Assembly (NCBI RefSeq): GCF_006345805.1
Contig: NW_021825674.1
Coordinates: 1-14,820, forward strand
Length of the DNA: 14,820 bases
Direction of reading: 5' to 3'
From: Octopus sinensis
Lineage: Eukaryota
Below, piece by piece: positions 8,881-14,820 of the stretch. The notes beneath the pieces are model-generated. The model was not told the DNA's origin, ran no database searches, and saw only the letters and a program-made list of their open reading frames with translations. Within the stretch, counting starts at the first letter, position 1; every line of letters starts with the position of its first letter. Made by a program: the position numbers and the translations under genes.

Positions 8881-9890
8881 TGACGCATACACCAAGATTT
8901 ATCAAACCAACGCCGTCGCGTGCAAACCTGAATACCATCAGAAACGAGTCTGCAGGTATGTGGCTAAAATGATGAGAATCTAAATAAAGAATTGGAAAAT
9001 AGATTCACTAATCCTGCAAATTAATGAGAAAAAACATAAATGGATATGTGCGGAGTACGTTTCACCTCTATTGACACCCATTCTCTTTTTTAAGTAATGA
9101 AACCATAATAAATTTCTTAGAAAGAATTTTGGAAAACCAACAGCGAATGAAAGTATTACGTTTAGATCCCATCGGATTTGATGCCGGGAAAAATATATTG
9201 TTTCAAAGACAAAGAAACGATTCGGGAATCGAAATAGAACTCAGTCGATGAGGAAATAGGTAATGAAAATCCAACTATCGAACACAGTCAACACAGTAAA
9301 ACGCTGAAAAGGAAAATCACCAAGGTGGTCTTAGCCTATGAAGAACTAAATAGCAAAATATAATAACGAATATTTCGTCGCTCTTATTAGATTTATTGAA
9401 GCACCACTTCTCTGTCCACCAACACATTTCTTTCCAAAAGGAAAATATGGCGAGTGTTTGGTCGAAGAAGACTGTGTCTGTCCTTATTCTTTGTAATCTT
9501 GACCACTACAGGATCTCTCTCCCGCATAGCTTTCAGAAAGTGGACAATTACCTGCTCTTACCGGATAATAGGCAGCGATGGATCGATCATGGCGAAATTT
9601 TCGGCTGATAGCCAGATCGTGTTATTTGCAACAACAGTTATTGAATATTACTCAACAAATCAGAAACGCAGGGGTTCTGATGCTTAATAGATCCATTGTC
9701 CTGTGTTCATATCGAGGAGGTCTTGCAAACGGTTCTAATGGACCTGTAGAATTTTAAACCGGTAGCATTCCCCGGTCAGAAATTTTTGAAAGTAAATCAG
9801 TCTCCTGCCTGATATTCCCTCGAAATTGAGTGTTCAAACCACCGATTGCTTTAGCTTGACTCGCAGAGAACTGTGAATGCATAGCAATAT

Positions 9891-10075
9891 GCAGTGAGCT
9901 GGCAGAAACCTTAGCACAGCGGGCAAAATGTTTAGCGACATTTCGTCTGTTTTGATGTTCTGAGTTCAAATACCACCAAAGGCGACTTCATCATTCGTCC
10001 TTTCGAAGTCAGTAGAATAAGTACCAATTGAGTACTGGAAGTCGATATAAACGACTTAATCCCTTCACCGAAATT
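9891..10075 (+). mobile_element. tRNA-derived SINE inserted antisense into the LINE
   Basis: Head gcagtgagctggcagaaaccttagcac, B-box GAGTTCAAATACC at 9962-9974, then gaataagtaccaattgagtactggaagtcgat. LINE homology is present on both sides. Confidence 0.8.
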
Positions 10076-10466
10076 ACGATTCTTATGTCAAACATTTGAA
10101 AACAATATTCCGGATGCCAATGCGAAAATGTAGTGAAGTGCTAATTAATTAGATTTCAAGAGAAGAAGGTTGGACGTTCAAATACAACTGATATCTCATT
10201 CTTTTTTTATCCGTGTGCCAAAATTTGAAACCAATATTTCGGATGCCAAGTACCCAGTTTTGGTCATTGTTTGAGCTAGTACTGCAACCCCATCAAAGAG
10301 TTGAGCAGTGGAAATACCTGTCCTACAAACGGTGACCACAAATCATCAGCATCTAGAAATTTCTGACGACGTTTGCATCCTCAATGCATGCAGGTGCTTC
10401 AGCCGTCATTGTATACCGATCCTTCCACTCAGAAGCGTTGGTAGCAGATTATCCCTCTATCCAGAG

Positions 10467-10805
10467 CAGTATTTCTGAACTTTTTTTCATCTATGGACCC
10501 CTTTGACTGTTATCTTATTCTGGTGGAATTCCATAGCCATTCGATGTTTAAAATCTAGTTTTAGAGAAACTTTTTTCAAAATTCCCAATTTTGTTTGTCA
10601 CACATTCGCTCGTGTAGATTGAATTAGAGAAAGAATCCTAGTTGTTTCTTGCAGTGAATGTATCTCAGCCAAAACTTTTTCATGGCTCCTTAATATGGTG
10701 GATCCTCAGCTAAGTAGTTTGCTTGCATGGACCCCACCCCCACCGACCCAAAATGTTACATGGACCCCCAGGTGTCATATGGACTCCGAATGAAAACAAA
10801 TGATA
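10467..10805. mobile_element. hAT (Charlie/MER-like) MITE inserted into the LINE
   Basis: Left end CAGTATTTCTGAACTTTTT...ATGGACCCC; right end ...GGACCCCCAGGTGTCATATGGACTCC..GAAAACAAATG. Subterminal ATGGACCCC-like repeats near 10492, 10727, 10760 and 10779. 8-bp TSD candidates ATCCAGAG (10459-10466) and ATCGAGAG (10806-10813), 7/8 identical. TIRs are degenerate. Confidence 0.75.
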
Positions 10806-11779
10806 ATCGAGAGAAAGGCGTCGATTTTTTGTGAAGCGAAGGGACGGATATACAAATCTGGCCAAACGGTGACTGGGGAAGCCACGATGGTCAAGGGACA
10901 AAGAATAAAGGAGGTGATATATGCGTTTGGCACTTTTACCCAACCGTTTAAGAATAGTTTCCTCTCATTCTAATTCTGGATAAAACTGTAGCCGTACTGG
11001 CAGCCGTACTTGCTCGTACTGACATCCCAGTTCTTATTGAAATTAAGCTCAAACCAGGTCCAAAGCATCTAACAGCCCGTAACTGACCCTACGTCTCGTA
11101 TTCCTTCAGTGTGGCCAACCAACGTTTCTCGTTCCACTGCCATTCACGCGCGCACGGTATGGTCTTCTCGTATCCCAACTGGAATGGAATACATTTCACC
11201 ACCTTTAGCTTCCGCTGAAATGGACGAAAAGCCAAAATATAGAGAAGGGAACAGAGGGGACACTTTTTGTGGACCTAGTATGTGATTAGATACCGTTCCA
11301 AGGCAAAAATTTCGTCTGTTCACTGAGAAGATGCCACTGTATAAATAAGCAATCCAGCATCTGGAAACAGGAGCTAAATCGGATGCCATTTAAACCGTTG
11401 TTAGCCAGCGATGGTCAACATTGCTGAAAGGTTTAGAATGAAGTAAACTGACCGGCGCCTACGAGAGCCAAATCTATATCTAACGTTCTCGACACTTAAT
11501 CGCACAACGTTGAGGCTGATGTGGCTAGATCTTTCGGGAATCCTTCGGAGCGGCCATGTGCAGCTCTGAAGACACAACTGAAGAACAAACAGTGCCGGCC
11601 TTTTTACGAGAAACTTAGTCAACATCTTTAACTGTGAATTCCACAGAATCACGGATCTGAAATTGTTGACGGTGTCCTCTTCATACCTTTCTTCAGCAAA
11701 GCAATGTATAAGGGCTCCCTCCACAGAGATTACTCCACGATCCGTTGGCAGTTATGATAGACGTCTACCAAATTTGTAT

Positions 11780-11878
11780 CGAGTGGTGAGGAAATCATTC
11801 AACTAAAAATTCTTCAAGGCAATGCTTCAGCATGGCCGCAGTCTAATGATTGAAGCAAGTAAAAGAAGATAAAAGAAG
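11780..11878 (+). mobile_element. SINE 3' half (orphan tail) bounding the LINE
   Basis: cattcaactaaaaattcttcaaggcaatgcttcagcatggccgcagtctaatgattgaagcaagtaaaagaagataaaaga matches the tail at 3240-3305. Confidence 0.8.
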
Positions 11879-12244
11879 GTATTTAACAATATTTCCTGTG
11901 GAAACCAAAACATCTGAAGAAAGCCACTTCAGCTGAAACCAGCTGAAGGTAGCCATGGTTGATCAGAGACTGAAAGTGGAAGCCTTCTGTAGGTGAAGAA
12001 TAGTTCAGTTCTCAATGTCCCACTCAGGCGAAGCATACAGGCTAAGGGAAAAAACGTATGTGACCCTAAGTCCCCTGATGATGATCCAGTGTAACACTGG
12101 ATTCAAGAGGGCAACTTGTAAACCTCTGAGTAGCTCATGTAGTCTCTGCATGGTACAAAGCATCTCCATTGTTTCTATCACCAAGAAGAATGGTTCGTTT
12201 AATGAAAAAAAAAAGAGAATCAATTAGAATCGGCCAAGTGACGG

Positions 12245-12435
12245 GCTGCAGTTTATAGCCCAAGGACATTCCTGATTAGCAAAATCTACGATCAAAACAA
12301 TTCGAACCGTGACCATTCCATTCTAACTTTCACTCAGAGTCAATCATTATTCAGTATATCATTCTTTATTCAAGACGATTAAGAGTGATTTGAGGGAAAT
12401 TTTGGCCGCATTTTCTCGCATGTCGAAGGCTCCAG
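12245..12435. mobile_element. Unclassified interspersed repeat, copy 3 of 3
   Basis: Motif A ctacgatcaaaacaattcgaaccgtgaccatt (12286-12317); motif B gtgatttgagggaaattttggccgcattttctcgca (12385-12420). Confidence 0.65.
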
Positions 12436-12686
12436 TTAAATAATGAGCAAATGAGATTACTGCTTATTTATTTCTTTGCAAATTAATTTATTGATTTATT
12501 TATTAATTTTTCTCTTCGTCTCCGTCGTCTCATTCCAATCATGTATGCATGGTGAACTCCAGACATCACCCAGCGGTTGAAGGTTCGAGGAAACACACAT
12601 GTCCTGTCTTTCTTCTGCCCAACCCACTCTCTACTCTCTCCCTCTCTCTCTCTCCCTCTTGCGTTCTATACGTATAGGGATGCAAA

Positions 12687-12772
12687 CATACATACACACA
12701 TACATACATACATACATACATACATACATACATACATACATACATACATACATACATACATACATACATACG
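12687..12772. repeat. (CATA)n tetranucleotide microsatellite
   Basis: About 21 near-perfect units. Confidence 0.97.
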
Positions 12773-12789
12773 TATACAAATAAACAAGT

Positions 12790-12888
12790 TACGTGTATAT
12801 ATATATATGTATACATATATATTTATATATATATACATACATTTCTACATACATACGTATATTCACAAACAATTACGTGTATATATAT

Positions 12889-12966
<78 letters not shown>

Positions 12967-13319
12967 ATATTATATATCTATATATATATATATATATATA
13001 CATATATTAACACATGCATATACATAAACACAGGCATGCATACATAACTAGGTACTTGTACTTATACATGTAAATACATATATATAAGTATATAACATAT
13101 ATACTTATATGACATATATATATGTATATATATACATATATATATATATATGTACATTCACACACGCACACACACACACACACATATATATATTAATATG
13201 TGTGAATACTTACAAAGAAATACACAAACACACACGGTGTATGTATATATATGTGTGTGTGTATAATGTAATATATATAATTATATATACTTTTTTATAA
13301 TGTACATGATGTAGGCTTG

Positions 13320-13361
<42 letters not shown>

Positions 13362-13460
13362 ATATATCGCATGTGCGTATGTATGTGCACGCAAGTGTGT
13401 GAATATATATATACCTATATTTGCGTCTATGTGTGTGTGTGTGTGTGTATGTGTGTATGT
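12790..13460. repeat. Compound (TA)/(CA)/(TG) microsatellite field
   Basis: Alternating purine-pyrimidine runs with short spacers. Confidence 0.9.
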
Positions 13461-13606
13461 GTGGATACATATTTACAAATTTACATATTTACAAACACAT
13501 TTGCGCTACAAGTCCACATCATGAGCACATATAAAAATTGCTGCACGTGCTTACTTCGCAAGAAAGCTCCCAAATACACACACACTGTATACTAAATCTG
13601 TATTGT

Positions 13607-13614
13607 GAGAGGGA

Positions 13615-13668
<54 letters not shown>

Positions 13669-13720
13669 GATAGTGAGAGGGAGAAGGAGATGACGAGGGT
13701 AAGGGTGAAGAAAGAGAGGG
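13607..13720. repeat. (GA)n microsatellite with degenerate purine flank
   Basis: Perfect GA run ~13627-13664. Confidence 0.95.
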
Positions 13721-13870
13721 AGACACCAATAACTAACGTCACTTAATACTTATAATCTGTGGTAAATATTGGCCAATTATGTTTGTAAAATTGCTACACA
13801 TCATTATCGCAAAATTTGCTAATACGAATAAGGCAAGCTCTAGAAAATGCATGTTCATATATAATATATT

Positions 13871-13901
<31 letters not shown>

Positions 13902-14048
13902 TATAAATATATTAATGTATGTATGTATATAAATTCATATGTGTGTCTGTATACATGCACGCACATGCGCATATACATAGAGGACATATATCTAACTATA
14001 TGTTATGTTTGTGTATGTACGCCTGTGCGCTTGTGCATGTGTACGTGC

Positions 14049-14052
<4 letters not shown>

Positions 14053-14101
<49 letters not shown>
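14053..14101. repeat. (GT)n microsatellite
   Basis: About 24 GT units. Confidence 0.97.
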
Positions 14102-14102
<1 letters not shown>

Positions 14103-14199
14103 TGTTGTTAGTATGTTAGTAAGACCAAAAATGAAAACACTTAAGATTTAGAGAAAGGAATAAAATAGAAAGGGAAGGAAATTTAACTGCATTTAGAGA

Positions 14200-14504
14200 A
14201 ACTATTAACGTCTCGTTTTCTGATTTTAAGACGGCGTTTGGTAACGTCTCGAGTCAGTCGGCCATGCATACCATGCATCCCCCCCGCTCTCCATGCCACC
14301 AATGTTATCCCAGGGAAAGGCAAAGGGGCCGATACAGCTTGGCACCAGGGACGTTGCATCTCATTTCTACAGATGAATGAACTGGAACAACGGGAAATAA
14401 AGTGTCTTGCTCAAGAACACAACACGCAGCCCAGTCCGGAAATCGAAGCCACTACCTCATGAACGTAAGCTCGACGCTCTAACCACTGAGCCATGCGCTT
14501 TCAC
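14200..14504 (-). mobile_element. Near full-length tRNA-derived SINE
   Basis: Minus strand begins GTGAAAGCGCATGGCTCAGTGGTTAGAGCG (A box TGGCTCAGTGG, 14493-14483). B-box-like GGCTTCGATTT at 14450-14440, then gtgttgtgttcttgagcaagacacttta and ctgtagaaatgag. The 3' boundary is approximate. Confidence 0.85.
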
Positions 14505-14727
14505 AAACACACACACACACACACACAAATATATGTATATGTGTCTATATTATACAAATATCAGGATCCTCCCGACCGTCATGAGATCGCCACCCACCAC
14601 CAGCAATAACGGCTTTCTTCCTCCTTGAACCTCAGCTTTTCCGGACGATATTTATAGAGTTTAGACATGCCGTATTTGGCTTCCGGTATTTAGGTTATGA
14701 ATACGGTATTCAAGGTTATATGATGCC

Positions 14728-14760
14728 GGATATATATATGAACGTATATATATATATATG

Positions 14761-14810
<50 letters not shown>

Positions 14811-14820
14811 ATTATATATA
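14728..14820. repeat. (TA)n microsatellite
   Basis: TA run to the window end. Confidence 0.95.

Larger units (their letters stand above)
9370..11780 (-). mobile_element. Decayed L1/Tx1-clade non-LTR retrotransposon, ORF2 reverse-transcriptase and C-terminal region, 5' part missing
   Basis: Minus-strand frames give degenerate L1/Tx1 ORF2 motifs in the expected order: LVDVYHNCQ (~11775); NNFRSVILWNSQLKMLTKFLVKR (cf. NFRPITLLN; ~11670-11600); SKPFSNVDHRWL (cf. KAFDRV; ~11440-11400); KKCPLCSLLYILAFRPFQRKL (cf. QGCPLSPLL; ~11271-11207); a destroyed YADD region (~11170-11140); TLKEYET; KNWD; ERKLFLNGWVKVPNAYITS; FL[S/W]; LWSPFVGQVFP (~10340-10310); GTWH; DRGMLPV (~9777-9757); LSAE; WSRLQRIRTDT (~9507-9475). 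Many stops and frameshifts. The reference motifs are recalled, not searched. Confidence 0.85.

Noticed and set aside
9390-9495. Plus-strand Cys-rich peptide CPPTHFFPKGKYGECLVEEDCVCPY resembling a vWF/TIL domain end
   Set aside because: It lies antisense to recognisable L1/Tx1 ORF2 C-terminal sequence and is closed by a stop.
11144-11724. ORFs of 107 aa and 81 aa as host genes
   Set aside because: They are frameshifted pieces of the decayed LINE reverse transcriptase.
12078-12129. Box C (ATGATGA) and box D (CTGA) pair suggesting a C/D snoRNA
   Set aside because: Only 52 nt end to end, with no terminal stem and no D'/C' boxes.
14430-14504. tRNA gene (A and B boxes); similar boxes at 3045-3096 and 9891-9974
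   Set aside because: No complete cloverleaf, and each is followed by SINE body sequence. These are SINE heads.
1-14820. CRISPR-like or other prokaryotic systems
   Set aside because: No regularly interspaced repeat-spacer array, operon structure or prokaryotic gene density. All direct repeats have only two or three units.

Overview
AT-rich eukaryotic non-coding window, roughly 40% microsatellite, made mostly of decayed and nested transposable elements. The SINE types and the microsatellite density resemble an Octopus/cephalopod genome; this is an inference from recall, not a database result. No intact protein-coding gene is supported, and nearly all ORFs in the supplied track are microsatellite or antisense artefacts. 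Main contents: (1) a full-length but dead D34D mariner (291-1575, minus strand, TA-flanked TIRs); (2) a ~2.4 kb decayed L1/Tx1-clade ORF2 remnant (~9370-11780, minus strand) interrupted by a tRNA-SINE and by a hAT/Charlie-like MITE; (3) several tRNA-derived SINEs and orphan SINE tails; (4) three copies of an unclassified ~180-200 bp repeat. Speculative leads are a degenerate minimal hammerhead-ribozyme-like motif at ~11903-11960, a mariner whose two flanks do not match, and a few isolated exon-like islands.
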